Positions 37,709 through 47,716 of a stretch of DNA of 64,000 nt are shown in pieces; position 1 is the stretch's first letter, and every line of letters starts with the position of its first letter. The stretch covers positions 1,760,001 through 1,824,000 of the forward strand of contig OY970296.1 in assembly GCA_963716175.1 (NCBI GenBank). The letters are read 5' to 3'. The notes below the pieces were generated by a model. The model saw nothing but the letters and a program-made list of their open reading frames with translations. It was not told the DNA's origin and searched no databases. Source of the stretch: an uncultured Armatimonadetes bacterium (GTDB lineage: Bacteria; Armatimonadota; Hebobacteria; Hebobacterales; Hebobacteraceae). Both the position numbers and the translations under genes were made by a program.

Positions 37709-38764
37709 CTAGGCCAGTGTCTCCCCGTACGGCGCCCGCGCTACCCCGCGCTCTGTCACGATCCCGGCGATCAGCTCGGCAGGAGTGATGTCGAAGGCGG
37801 GGTTGAACACCTCCGCCCCTGCCGGCGCGACCGGCGTTCCGCCGAAGCCAAGCACCTCTTCGGCGCTGCGCTCCTCTATCGGTATCTGAGAGCCGTCGGC
37901 GAGAGAGGGGTCAAGGGTGGAGGTGGGCGCTGCCACGTAGAATGGAATCTGGTGGTGACGCGCCAGCACGGCGAGGCCGTAGGTGCCGATCTTGTTGGCC
38001 GTGTCGCCGTTGCGGGCGATGCGGTCGGCGCCGACGATGACGACATCCACCATGCCCCGCGCCATGCAGGCCCCGGCCATGCCATCGGTGATAAGGGTGG
38101 TCGGGACGCCGGCGCGCATCAGCTCCCACATGGTGAGCCGCGCGCCTTGCAGCAGCGGCCGCGTCTCGCAGGCCAACACCTTGACCGGGTTGCCGGCGGT
38201 CCCTAGGTCGCAGTGCGACCGGGATGGCGGCCCCTTGGGCCTAGCCACGTGGGCGGCCTTGATCACCGCCAGCGCGGTGCCTTCGCCTCCCGTGGCGAGC
38301 GCGCCGGTGTTGCAGATGGTCAGCACGCCTGCGCCGTGCGGGATAAGCGCGCGGCCGTGCTCGGCGATGAGCCGGCAGGTCTCAGTATCCTCCCGGTGGA
38401 TGGCGAGCGCCTCCTGAGCCAGCTCGTCGGCGGTGACACCGGCCGCGGCCCGGGATAGCATGCGGTCTATCGCCCAGAACAGGTTGCGCGCGGTGGGTCG
38501 GGTGGCGCGCAGCAGGGCGGCCGCCTCGGCGATCCGCTCCTGCATGCCCTGGGCTTCGCCCCGGGCGGCGAGGGCGAGGCCGTAGGCGGCGGCGATGCCG
38601 ATGAGAGGCGCGCCCCGCACCTGGAGGGTGCGAATCGCCTGGGCCACCTGCCCGACCTGCCGGCAGCGCAGGTATACCTCCTCCTGGGGCAGGCGGGTCT
38701 GATCCAGGATTACGACCGCATCCTCATCCCAGCGGATTGGGTCAATCTTGCCTACGGGCATCAA
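37709..38764 (-). CDS. mtnA: S-methyl-5-thioribose-1-phosphate isomerase with 16-aa insertion
   Basis: VRGAPLIG, RPTA, CNTGALAT, ETRPLLQGARLT, GADRIARNGDTANKIGT, NPAFDIT. Confidence 0.95.
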   Translation of the reverse strand: MMPVGKIDPIRWDEDAVVILDQTRLPQEEVYLRCRQVGQVAQAIRTLQVRGAPLIGIAAAYGLALAARGEAQGMQERIAEAAALLRATRPTARNLFWAIDRMLSRAAAGVTADELAQEALAIHREDTETCRLIAEHGRALIPHGAGVLTICNTGALATGGEGTALAVIKAAHVARPKGPPSRSHCDLGTAGNPVKVLACETRPLLQGARLTMWELMRAGVPTTLITDGMAGACMARGMVDVVIVGADRIARNGDTANKIGTYGLAVLARHHQIPFYVAAPTSTLDPSLADGSQIPIEERSAEEVLGFGGTPVAPAGAEVFNPAFDITPAELIAGIVTERGVARAPYGETLA

Positions 38765-38810
38765 GGCATTCCTTTCCCAGTGCAGCCAGCAGCACTATAA
38801 TAGCAGAGAT

Positions 38811-38836
38811 GGCGGGGTCGGGAGACCCCGCCCTAC
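38811..38836. repeat. GTAG-type REP
   Basis: GGCGGGGTCGGGAGACCCCGCCCTAC. Confidence 0.7.
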
Positions 38837-38870
38837 ACAACGGCAAGTGTGGCCGGTGAGTCAGATGCGG

Positions 38871-40151
38871 ATGCAGAAATGCCCCCAGTGTGGGGCGGAG
38901 AACAGCATAAGACGCGCCACTTGCTACCAGTGCCAGCAGACGCTGGCTTCCCAGGCCGAACAGGTGGACCGCCCCGCGGCCTCACGCTGGGAGGCGATCG
39001 AGCCGCTGGGCCGGAGGCCCAGAAAGCGCGTGCTGCGGCCGGCCCCGGATGCGATCACATTGTCTGCGCCCCCGGCCGAGGTGCAGGAGCGGGCGCGCAG
39101 CTACATGCCCACCTTCCGCCGCCCGCTCCGCCACGTGCGCCGGATGGGGGTCTTCTTTCGGGAGCTGCACACCCTCACGCGCTCCGGCATCGCCATCGCC
39201 TCGGCCTGCCAGGAGCTTTCCCGCCGCGCCCCGGCTGGCCTGCGGGGGCTGGCGGGGGAGATGGCAGAAGCGGCGGGCGCGGGGAAACCCATTCATACGG
39301 TCATGGAGCAGCACCGGGATCTGCTCTACCCCTGGCATATTGGCCTGGTGCGCGCGGCCCAGGCGGGGGGCTACCTGCCGGAGGCTTTCGACCAGATCGC
39401 GCACGCCTATGAGGTGGAGTGGCAGACCCGTTCCGCCCTGCTCTCGCGGCTGCTCTTCTACCTGGTTTTCGGGCTGCCGCCGGTGCTGGTGGTGCTGCCC
39501 CTGATCCTGATGCTGAACCAGCCCATCCCGACGGAGGGGTGGACGCCGGAGCTTCTGCTCCAAGTTGCGCTGCACTACTTCCGCACGGTTTCACTGTCCA
39601 TCGTGATCGGTCTGATCGCATTGATCCTGGTGTGGCAGGCGCTATCAGCTACCGCTTGGTTCCAGGTCTGGCAGCAGCGCGCGGTGCTGCGCTTGCCGGT
39701 GGTGGGGCGGGTGGCCCGCGCGGCGGCGCTGGATCGCTATTTGGCTACGCTGGGGCTGCTGCTGCGAGGTGGGATCCCGGTGGCGGAGGCGGCGGAAGAG
39801 GCGGCGCGGGCGGCGGGCAACGCCGGCCTCACCCCCAGGCTGCTGGAGGTGGGAAGCGCGGTGCGCTCCGGCGTCTCCCTCGCCCAGGCCCTGGAGAGCA
39901 CCGGCGGGTTCGACCGCGACACGCTCAGCATGGCGGCCACTGGCGAGGTGTCGGGGAGCTTGCCAGAGATGCTGGGCCGGGCCGCCGGCTACTATCGGGA
40001 AGAGCAAGAGCTGAAGCGGAGACTGCTGCTGCGGATGGCGAACGTGGCCTTCGGCGTGGTGTGGATCTGCGTGGCCGGGGCGATCTTCCTGATCGGGGTG
40101 CGCGTCTACTTCGACTTCGCTTTCCGGGTGATGGATTGGATGATGGAGTGA
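38871..40151 (+). CDS. Type II secretion system F / PilC-family protein with N-terminal zinc ribbon
   Basis: FFRELHTLTRSGI; LGLLLRGGIPV...GEVSGSLPEML; N-terminal CPQC-X10-CYQC. Confidence 0.85.
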   Translation: MQKCPQCGAENSIRRATCYQCQQTLASQAEQVDRPAASRWEAIEPLGRRPRKRVLRPAPDAITLSAPPAEVQERARSYMPTFRRPLRHVRRMGVFFRELHTLTRSGIAIASACQELSRRAPAGLRGLAGEMAEAAGAGKPIHTVMEQHRDLLYPWHIGLVRAAQAGGYLPEAFDQIAHAYEVEWQTRSALLSRLLFYLVFGLPPVLVVLPLILMLNQPIPTEGWTPELLLQVALHYFRTVSLSIVIGLIALILVWQALSATAWFQVWQQRAVLRLPVVGRVARAAALDRYLATLGLLLRGGIPVAEAAEEAARAAGNAGLTPRLLEVGSAVRSGVSLAQALESTGGFDRDTLSMAATGEVSGSLPEMLGRAAGYYREEQELKRRLLLRMANVAFGVVWICVAGAIFLIGVRVYFDFAFRVMDWMME

Positions 40152-40163
40152 GGAGGAGCCGAG

Positions 40164-40553
40164 ATGAAGCTCGAGGTGGATGGAATGTGCTTCGCCTGCG
40201 GCCAGCAGAACCCCATCGGACTGAAGCTGAGCTTCCACTTCGAGGGCGATGATTATGTAACCAGCCTCCAGATACGACCAGAGTACCAGGGCTGGGCTGG
40301 GATCGTGCACGGCGGCCTGCTGGCCACGGCGCTGGATGAGACTATGGCGCGGCTGCTGTGGGAGCGGGAGATCAATGCCATCACCGGCCGACTGGAGGTA
40401 CGCTATCGCCGGCCTGTCGCCATCGGGGAGCAGCTCCAGCTTCGCGGCCGCATCACCCGGCGACGTCCACCCGTGGTGGAGACCGAGGCCTGGGCCATCG
40501 CCGCCGACGGCGCGGTGGTGGCGGAAGCGAAGGCGACGAGCATAGGGGTGTAG
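40164..40553 (+). CDS. PaaI-family thioesterase
   Basis: CFACGQQNPIGL, YQGWAGIVHGGLLATALDE. Confidence 0.9.
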   Translation: MKLEVDGMCFACGQQNPIGLKLSFHFEGDDYVTSLQIRPEYQGWAGIVHGGLLATALDETMARLLWEREINAITGRLEVRYRRPVAIGEQLQLRGRITRRRPPVVETEAWAIAADGAVVAEAKATSIGV

Positions 40554-40619
40554 CGGGGAGGAGACAGGGCGGCAACCCTCTTGCTGGAACCTGGGAATAC
40601 CATGGCGGAGGCGAAACCA

Positions 40620-41171
40620 ATGCGGGCAACAGAGGATTTGAAGCAGGAGCACCGCGTGATCGAGCTGGTGCTGACGGCCCTGGAGGGGATGGCGCAGCAG
40701 CTCGAGCGGGGGAATCTCTTGCGCCGAGAGCCAGCCGAGAGGGCACTGGAGGTGGTGCGCAACTTCGCCGACAAGTGTCACCACGGCAAGGAAGAGCGGT
40801 ATCTGTTCACGAGGCTGGAGACGCGGGGGATGTCGCGCCAGACCGGGATCATCTCGGAGTTGCTGCACGAGCACGGGGAAGGCCGGGCGCACGTGCGCGC
40901 TTTCGCGCGGGCCCTGGTGGGCGCCTGCGAGAGCAATCCGCAGGATGGCCGCGCCTTCGCCGAGCACGCCCAGGGCTATGTCACGCTCCTCAGGAAGCAC
41001 ATCCAGAAAGAGGACGACGTTTTCTTCCCAATGGCCGACCAGAAGCTAACCCCGGAGGATGACGCGGAGCTGATGGAGGCCTTCGAGAAGATCGAGCGGG
41101 AGGAGATCGGCGAAGGGGCGCACGAGAACTACCATCGCTGGGCGGTGGAACTCGCACAGCAGAAGGAGTAG
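40620..41171 (+). CDS. Hemerythrin (HHE) domain protein
   Basis: LKQEH, CHHGKEE, LHEHGEGR, HIQKEDDVFFPMA; start approximate. Confidence 0.9.
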   Translation: MRATEDLKQEHRVIELVLTALEGMAQQLERGNLLRREPAERALEVVRNFADKCHHGKEERYLFTRLETRGMSRQTGIISELLHEHGEGRAHVRAFARALVGACESNPQDGRAFAEHAQGYVTLLRKHIQKEDDVFFPMADQKLTPEDDAELMEAFEKIEREEIGEGAHENYHRWAVELAQQKE

Positions 41172-41226
41172 GCGCGCAGTTCAGTGCGCCCGGAACAGCC
41201 TGGGGCGTGATGAATCACGCCCCTAC
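41168..41226. repeat. Inverted REP doublet (REPIN-like)
   Basis: GTAGGCGCGCAGTTCAGTGCGCCC...GGGGCGTGATGAATCACGCCCCTAC. Confidence 0.7.
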
Positions 41227-41283
41227 AACAGCTGGCCGGATAGCCCGGATTCCCCGGTCACACCCCAGCGCAGGAGCGCGCCG

Positions 41284-43229
41284 CTAGCCGCGCACCGCCT
41301 TCTCCGCGCGGGCCAGCGCGTGCTGCGCAGGCTCGGCTGCCAGCGGGTCAACCCAGGGCGAGAAGTCCTCGAGCATCCTGCGCCGGACGGCCTCGTAGTC
41401 CGCGCGAAGGGCGCGGAGGGCCTTGCGGTCTTTGCGCCATCCCGCAAGGTGGGCACGGGCGATGCGGTTGGCCTGGTCGGCGTGGATGGCAACCAACTCC
41501 AAGCTGGTGCGCACCACTGGGTTCCTCTCCCGCTTGGCGAGGGCGCCGAAGCGCAGCCGGTAGCGCTCGGTCGAAGCGGCCATCTGCTGCATCTTCTTCA
41601 GGTCGGCGGCATCGCCGTCCCCCAGGGTCTTATGCTCGTAGTCCGGCCCGCTGCGGAAGCCTGCTACCAGGTGCGAGAAGTAGGCCTCCACTTCGTCGGC
41701 CTGCTGGCCAAAAGCGGCCGACATGATCTTGGCGCGGTGCTGCCTGGCAGGCAGGCGCTTGTTCCAGAGCAGATCACCCATCGCGTTCGGCATGTAGGGG
41801 AGCGGGTAGAAGCAACGTATCGCCTGGCAGCTCAAGAGGCCGTTCAGGCCAAGTGACTCCAGATCCTTTAGGTCCCGCGCCATCGCGGCCCCCACATCCC
41901 GCCCCAGGCCATCGGACCAGACTGCCCACATCATGTGATAGTCGAAGATGAAGGTATCGGGCAGCTTCAGCTTGCTCCAGCTGCGCATGATCTGGGCATA
42001 GGCGCGATTGGTGCGCGGGAGGCGGCAGCGGTTCAGCTTGGGCCGGGCGGCGCCGGCGGGTTCCTGGCATTTGGGATCATCCAGGGGGTGGCGGTAGCAA
42101 CGGGTGATGGGCGCGTACATGAAGATGACGTTGTCGGTGGTGACGCGAACTCGGTCGGGCGGCCAAAGCAGATCCATGTAGCCCAGGAAGACCACGCGCG
42201 TGGCAAGCTGCTCCTGCTTCAGCCGGCGGCCGATCGCCTCCACCAGCATGGCATACCAGTCGGAGGGGGTCTGCTTGCGGCAGTCCGCGCACTCGCACTT
42301 GTTGTTGTAGGAGTCCGACATCCAGACGTGCAGGCAGTCCACCTCCGAGTGCTGTCTGGCATAGGTCACCACTTGCTCGACGAAGGCCTGCCGCACCTGC
42401 GGCTGGGAGTAGCAGAGCTCGGTGTTGGCGGCGATGCCCTCCCACAGATCCCGTTTGCCGTTCACCTCCGCCAGCCAGCCTCGCTTGTCGCGGGCTGGCC
42501 TTTGCGCGGTCCTCTCCCAGCCCAGGCCGGGCACACCGACGGCGGCAGAGGTCCAGCCATGCCCAACCCGATGGAGCACCATGCCCAAGTCCTTGACGCG
42601 CGCGATCACCCGGTCATCCAAAGCGTAGCAGTCGGACTCGGAGAGGCGGTCTCCCACCTCCTGATAGCCCCGCCGCCAGAAGACGCCGGCGTGGAGGAAC
42701 TGGAGCTGGAAGGTGTTCATCTTCTTCTTCGCCATCCAGTCGAGCACATCGAGCACATGCGCCAGCCGCGGCGCGCCCTCGATGCAGATGCCCCGGTGGC
42801 GATAGCTGGCCTGCTCGCGAAGGGGGCGTGTCGGGAGACTGAGCCGGCGGCCCGCGGGCACCACCTCGCCGTTGGGGCCAGGCCGGAGGAAGACAACGCC
42901 CAGCTCCTCGAGCAGGCGGTAGGCAGCGAAGAGGACGCTGCGGGGATTGGACCCCACCAGATAGAGGGTCCCTTTCCTGGGGATGATGGCGAGCGCGTCA
43001 TCGAGCTGGTGGGGCCGGGGAGCGCGCCCAGGCCCAGGCCGGTGAGGTGGTCGCCGGTGCCCAGCACGATGCGGGCCCGGCAGCCCTCGGGCAGCAATGC
43101 GAGCGGGGGCAAGGCCTCGGCTACGACGTTCGCCAGTCGGGGCAGATAGGCCTCAAGCTCCTGCGCGGCCCGCGCCACCGGTGACTCGAAGCCCAGCGGT
43201 TGGATCAGGATGCGACTGTTGGCTCTCAT
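41284..43229 (-). CDS. DUF4838-like putative glycoside hydrolase, frameshifted near 43010-43020
   Basis: N-terminal part (AAQELEAYL...IVLG) is one frame off from DDALAIIPRKGTLYLVGSNPRSVLFAAY...LDWMAKKKMN; one C missing in a C-run. Confidence 0.7.
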
Positions 43230-43312
43230 GGTGACCCCTCCAGGTGAAATGCCGGAGCGTCCGGTTACGCATCTGCGGGTCGGCATTTCTGCGCCGACAC
43301 TTGAAGCGCCTG

Positions 43313-43843
43313 CTAGGCCCTCTCGCTCCCGCGAAGCTGCTCCCAGGTCTGCCGGTCAATGACCATGCGCACCTCGGCCCGCGCGAAGAGGCTATCGCCG
43401 GCAGGAATCTTGCCGATCTTGAAGCCGACTTTGTGATAGCAGCGCAGCGCCCGGCGGTTGTCCGGGTGGCAGGAGAGGCGGACCTCCCGCAGCCCCAGGG
43501 TCTGGAAGGCGTGGTCGAGCAGGGCCTGCGTGGCGGCGGTGCCATAGCCTCGACCCCACAGCCGCTTCTCGCCGATCATCAGGCCGAGGTGAGCGCACCC
43601 GGTCTGGCGGTCTATCCCCCGCAGGCCGCAGGTGCCGATGGTTCTCCCCTGCTCGTCCTCGATGGCAAAGGGCTGCTGCTGAACCTTGTCGGCGAGGACG
43701 CCGGCGATCCAGGCGCGTTCGGCCTCCACGGTGGCGGGAGGCTGCAGCAGGCCCAGGTAGCGGATGACGTCGGGGTCGCTGACCCAGCGGAAACAGACTT
43801 CCGCGTCGCTCATGCGAATGGGGCGAAGGGTCACCCTGGCCAT
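43313..43843 (-). CDS. GNAT acetyltransferase (RimJ/RimL-like)
   Basis: VTLRPI, IGEKRLWGRGYGTAA, NRRALRCYHKVGF. Confidence 0.9.
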   Translation of the reverse strand: MARVTLRPIRMSDAEVCFRWVSDPDVIRYLGLLQPPATVEAERAWIAGVLADKVQQQPFAIEDEQGRTIGTCGLRGIDRQTGCAHLGLMIGEKRLWGRGYGTAATQALLDHAFQTLGLREVRLSCHPDNRRALRCYHKVGFKIGKIPAGDSLFARAEVRMVIDRQTWEQLRGSERA

Positions 43844-44012
43844 GTCGGCTTTCGATTCGCCTCCGGCCGAAGGGGGTCCTGGCGCGACCAGAGGGCTGGG
43901 CCGGTGTCGAATGCCAGGGCTGAGCCGATCCTTTACAGCGGATGATCGGTTTCCGTATAATGTTGCTCGTCGGCCCTTTCCCCCCGCAGGTGGGCCGAAA
44001 GTGAGGCCCAGA

Positions 44013-47000
44013 ATGGCAGTCTCCCGAAGCCGCAGATCGCGCCACTCCGCCCGCGAGACCATGGGATTGCTGTGCGCGCTGACCTTGCTGTTCCTCCTGT
44101 CCGGTGCTCGCGCCTGGGCGCTGCGGCTGCCGACGGAGGCGCCGGGGCTCCGGGTCCACGTGCACGCTCTCTGGAACGAAGAGTACCTCTGCCTCGCAGC
44201 CACGGTGGCCGACCCCATGGTGACGGGCTCGAACGTGGGCCCGATGTCGGCGCCGCAACAGGATGACGCCATTGAGTTCGATCTGGAGGTGCCGGGCCCG
44301 GCCGGGCGGCAGGCCCATCGCCTGATCATCAGCGCGGCTGGCGGCATGACCCTGTTCAGCCGGGAGGCGGGAGGCCGGTGGCGGACCGACCCCTCCTGGA
44401 TCAGCGGCCAGCAGACCGTGAAGTACGCGGTGACCGTAGATGGCACGCTGAACAACCCCGCGGATACGGACGTGGGCTTCACCGTGGAGTGCGCGATCCC
44501 GTGGGCCTTTCTGGGCGGGCGGCCGCCGATCGCCCAGGAGGTCGGCTTCAACGTGATCTGCTGGATGCAGGGGGAGACCGAGGGACTGGTGAGCTGGGCG
44601 CAGACAGTGCGCTCGGAGCGCGATGCCGGTGATGCCGCCCGCTGGGGGAGGATGCTGGTCAGCCCGAGTTCGCCGCTGGCGACGGCGCAAGGGGCCTGGC
44701 TGCCCTGTCCCTATGTGGGGCGAATGCCGTTCATAGACGGGAAGCTGAACGCGGATGAGTGGCTCACCGCCAGCACGCTGACTCTAGAGAAGCCGAAGCC
44801 CACACTCCAGCCCGCGGCCACTCCGCCGAAGCAGAGCGACGTGATCGGTATGCTGCTGGCGATCTATCGCTATGACTGGCAGGGAGACCCTGCTCGGCCC
44901 GGCGCCCATCTCTGGGGGAGCGACGGCGGCCCTGCCACCAGTGACCAGCCCAAGGAAGGGGCAGGCCCCTGGTACAGCTATGAGCGAGTGGCCTGGCACC
45001 GGGCGCAGCTCGATGAGGTCCAGCGCAGCGGGATAGATATCATCCTGGCGCGCTACCGGGGCGATGAGGAGTCGCGCCGCACCTGGGCGCGGACGGGGCT
45101 GGACCGGCTCGGGGAGGCGCTCAAGGGGATGCGGGCGGAGGGGCACAGCTACCCGCTGGTGGGGATGATGCTGGACACGGCGCCGCTGCGAGGTGCTGAT
45201 CTGAAGTCGCTGGATGGCAAGCGCCTGCTCTATGGGATGATCAGGGATTTCTTCCTGCACGTGCCGCGGGAGTTCTGGGCGGAGTTGGGGGCGCGGCCGC
45301 AGCAGGGCGTCACCGGCGGCGCGCCGGTGCTGCTGGGAGAGCCGGAGGGACTGGCGGACTGGGATGGGAGCTTTCTCGCCTTCGCGCAAGACCAGTTCGG
45401 GCGCGATTTTCCCGGCGGGAAGCTGGCCTGGCTGGGCAGCAGCCAGTGGCGACCGCGAGGGGCAGAGGGCTTCTACGCCTATATCCGGCTACCGGGAGCA
45501 GTAGGCTTCACCCAGGAGGGCGCGGGAGGGGTGAGCGCGGTGGCGCTGTCGCCGGGCTTCTGCCCGGCCCCGGGAATCGGCGGGGAGGTTCGTCCTCGGC
45601 GAGAGGATCGCGCCTATCGCGCCGACTGGCAGCGGGTGCTGGCGGCGGCCCCGGAGCTGGTGGTCCTGAATAGCTGGAACGATTTCGCCGATGGCAGCGA
45701 CCTGGCTCCCTCTCGCCAGTACGGGTTCAGCTATGTTGATCTGACCCGATACTTCTCAGCTCGCCTCGGGAGCCGCCAGCCGCACTCCCTTCGGCTGAAG
45801 AAGCAGGCCGTGCCTGCGGTGCTGCGGCCGGGTGCGGACTACCAGGTGGAGCTGGTGGTCGAGAATGTCGGCACCGAGGACCTGCATACGGGAAGAAGCA
45901 TAACCGCCGACTACCGCATGGTGCGGCGATCCGATGGCCAGGTGGTCAGATCGAAGACCGGGGCCCAGGGCCTGGACATCATGGCCGGGCAGACACTGCG
46001 GCTGCCGGTGCTGATCTCCACCCGGGATGATCGGGGCGACCCGCTGCCGCCGGGCCAGTATCTCTTCTCACTGGTGGCGGTGAGGAGCAAGGTGGCCTAT
46101 CTGCGGTCGCGCTGGTTCGCCCGCCCGGAGGCCGAGCTGACCGTGCCCGTCACAATCGGCGAGCCGCCGGCGCGACGCGTTACCATCATCAGTACCTCGC
46201 TGCCATCGTCCATCGAGACCGGGGCCACGGAGCAGGTGGTGGTGCGGCTGCGCAATGACGGGGCCGACACCTGGCGAGCAGCGAAAACCGCGCTTTCTTA
46301 TCGGTGGCTGCGGCATGAGGATGACCTCAGCCTGCCGGCCGATCAGCCGGAAGAACGGGTGGTGGGTGAGGGGGCGCGGGCTGGTTTGCCAAAGGATGTG
46401 GCGCCGGGAGAGGTGGTATCGGTGATGATCCCGGTTACTGCTCCCTCCGCCCCTCAGGAGACTCGCGCCGAGGAGGGGACTGCCACGGCCGGGCTATGGC
46501 ACTATCGGGTGGGGTGGGATCTGGTTGACAGCGGCGGCGAGCGGTTCTCAGACCCTGGGGGCGTATCAGAGGCGATCCAGGTGGTTCCGCGCGATCGGGG
46601 CGTGGTCTTCAGCTCGGCGAGCACCCCGGGCGCGATGCGGGCAGGGGAGCAGGCGAAAGTAGAGGTGGTGGTGGGGAACGCGGGGCCGCGCCCGTGGGCC
46701 GCGGGCCAATCCCATCTCGCCTATCACTGGTATCGGTGGGATGGCCGGGAACTGGCCGGGGCGACGGGGGCCACCCCTCTGCCATCTGACCTGGCCCCTG
46801 GACAGAAGATCATGCTGGTGGCTGCGCTCGAGGCGCCGGCTGCGGCCGGCCCCTACTGGGTGGTCTGGGACATGGTGGCCAACGGCCTGGGCTTTCGCGC
46901 TGCGGGTGGCGGCCGCCGCGGCGACGTGGTGGTGGCGCCGGTGATGGTGCGCGGGGGCGAGTTCCGCGCCATTGACCTGTCATCGTTCTCCAACGTGGTA

Positions 47001-47579
47001 GCGGTGACAGATGACGCGCATCGCTCCCGGGGGGATTTCGATGGGCAGGGCCGCAGCTTTCCGGCAGAATGGGTGCCGCCGGACGCGTCCGGCGCGGCCG
47101 ACCGGCTCTACCCGAGTGGCTACTACTCGCCATTCGCCCCCACAAAGGAAGTCCCGTTCGCCTTCCCTGATACCAGCTCGGGGGTGGCGGGCGCGGTGGC
47201 CTGCAACGGACAGGCCATCCCGCTCGGGGGTAAGGGCGCGAAGCGGGTGCATCTGCTGCTGGCGAGCACAAACCCGGAGGTAGGGCAGGTCCGCGACCTG
47301 CCCGGCCAGGACAAGGTGGCATTTGGCCTGAAGCTGGCCGATGGGCAAGTCCAGCAGGCCATGGTAAGCGCCTGGCCTTGGCTGGGCCGGGCTCCCGGGT
47401 ATCCGCAGGACGTGGGCCTGTTCGCGCCTTATCTGCGCACGCTGAGCGGCGATGATGCCACGGCGGTGGCCAACCTCTATCATCGGGTGGTAGCACCATC
47501 GTCGGGAGTAGTGGTCTCGTTGCAGTTGCCGCAGCAGCCGTCGGTAAAGATGCTGGCGGTGACGGTGGAGGAGGAGTAG
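44013..47579 (+). CDS. Large secreted multidomain carbohydrate-active protein (CBM9-like, TIM-barrel GH-like, Ig-like repeats)
   Basis: Signal peptide; DGTLNNPADTDVGFTVECAIPW; VVLNSWNDF; repeated VxNxG...W...LxYxW...VAPGE; start approximate. Confidence 0.7.
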   Translation: MAVSRSRRSRHSARETMGLLCALTLLFLLSGARAWALRLPTEAPGLRVHVHALWNEEYLCLAATVADPMVTGSNVGPMSAPQQDDAIEFDLEVPGPAGRQAHRLIISAAGGMTLFSREAGGRWRTDPSWISGQQTVKYAVTVDGTLNNPADTDVGFTVECAIPWAFLGGRPPIAQEVGFNVICWMQGETEGLVSWAQTVRSERDAGDAARWGRMLVSPSSPLATAQGAWLPCPYVGRMPFIDGKLNADEWLTASTLTLEKPKPTLQPAATPPKQSDVIGMLLAIYRYDWQGDPARPGAHLWGSDGGPATSDQPKEGAGPWYSYERVAWHRAQLDEVQRSGIDIILARYRGDEESRRTWARTGLDRLGEALKGMRAEGHSYPLVGMMLDTAPLRGADLKSLDGKRLLYGMIRDFFLHVPREFWAELGARPQQGVTGGAPVLLGEPEGLADWDGSFLAFAQDQFGRDFPGGKLAWLGSSQWRPRGAEGFYAYIRLPGAVGFTQEGAGGVSAVALSPGFCPAPGIGGEVRPRREDRAYRADWQRVLAAAPELVVLNSWNDFADGSDLAPSRQYGFSYVDLTRYFSARLGSRQPHSLRLKKQAVPAVLRPGADYQVELVVENVGTEDLHTGRSITADYRMVRRSDGQVVRSKTGAQGLDIMAGQTLRLPVLISTRDDRGDPLPPGQYLFSLVAVRSKVAYLRSRWFARPEAELTVPVTIGEPPARRVTIISTSLPSSIETGATEQVVVRLRNDGADTWRAAKTALSYRWLRHEDDLSLPADQPEERVVGEGARAGLPKDVAPGEVVSVMIPVTAPSAPQETRAEEGTATAGLWHYRVGWDLVDSGGERFSDPGGVSEAIQVVPRDRGVVFSSASTPGAMRAGEQAKVEVVVGNAGPRPWAAGQSHLAYHWYRWDGRELAGATGATPLPSDLAPGQKIMLVAALEAPAAAGPYWVVWDMVANGLGFRAAGGGRRGDVVVAPVMVRGGEFRAIDLSSFSNVVAVTDDAHRSRGDFDGQGRSFPAEWVPPDASGAADRLYPSGYYSPFAPTKEVPFAFPDTSSGVAGAVACNGQAIPLGGKGAKRVHLLLASTNPEVGQVRDLPGQDKVAFGLKLADGQVQQAMVSAWPWLGRAPGYPQDVGLFAPYLRTLSGDDATAVANLYHRVVAPSSGVVVSLQLPQQPSVKMLAVTVEEE

Positions 47580-47605
47580 CGAGAGCGCCCGCCGTGCCGA
47601 CTGCC

Positions 47606-47687
47606 GGGCAGGAGGCAAGTGGCTAAGCCCGCCTGGGGCGGGCCGCCACTCCGGTCGCCGGAGGCAACCTAGGGGCTCCTGCCCAAC
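47606..47687. repeat. REP carrying a 56-nt twin-hairpin module (47620-47675)
   Basis: GGGCAGGAGGCAAG[module]CTCCTGCCCAAC, the same flanks as 2987-3268. Confidence 0.85.
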
Positions 47688-47716
47688 CCGTTTCACTGGC
47701 TTCCTGGAGGATCGCT

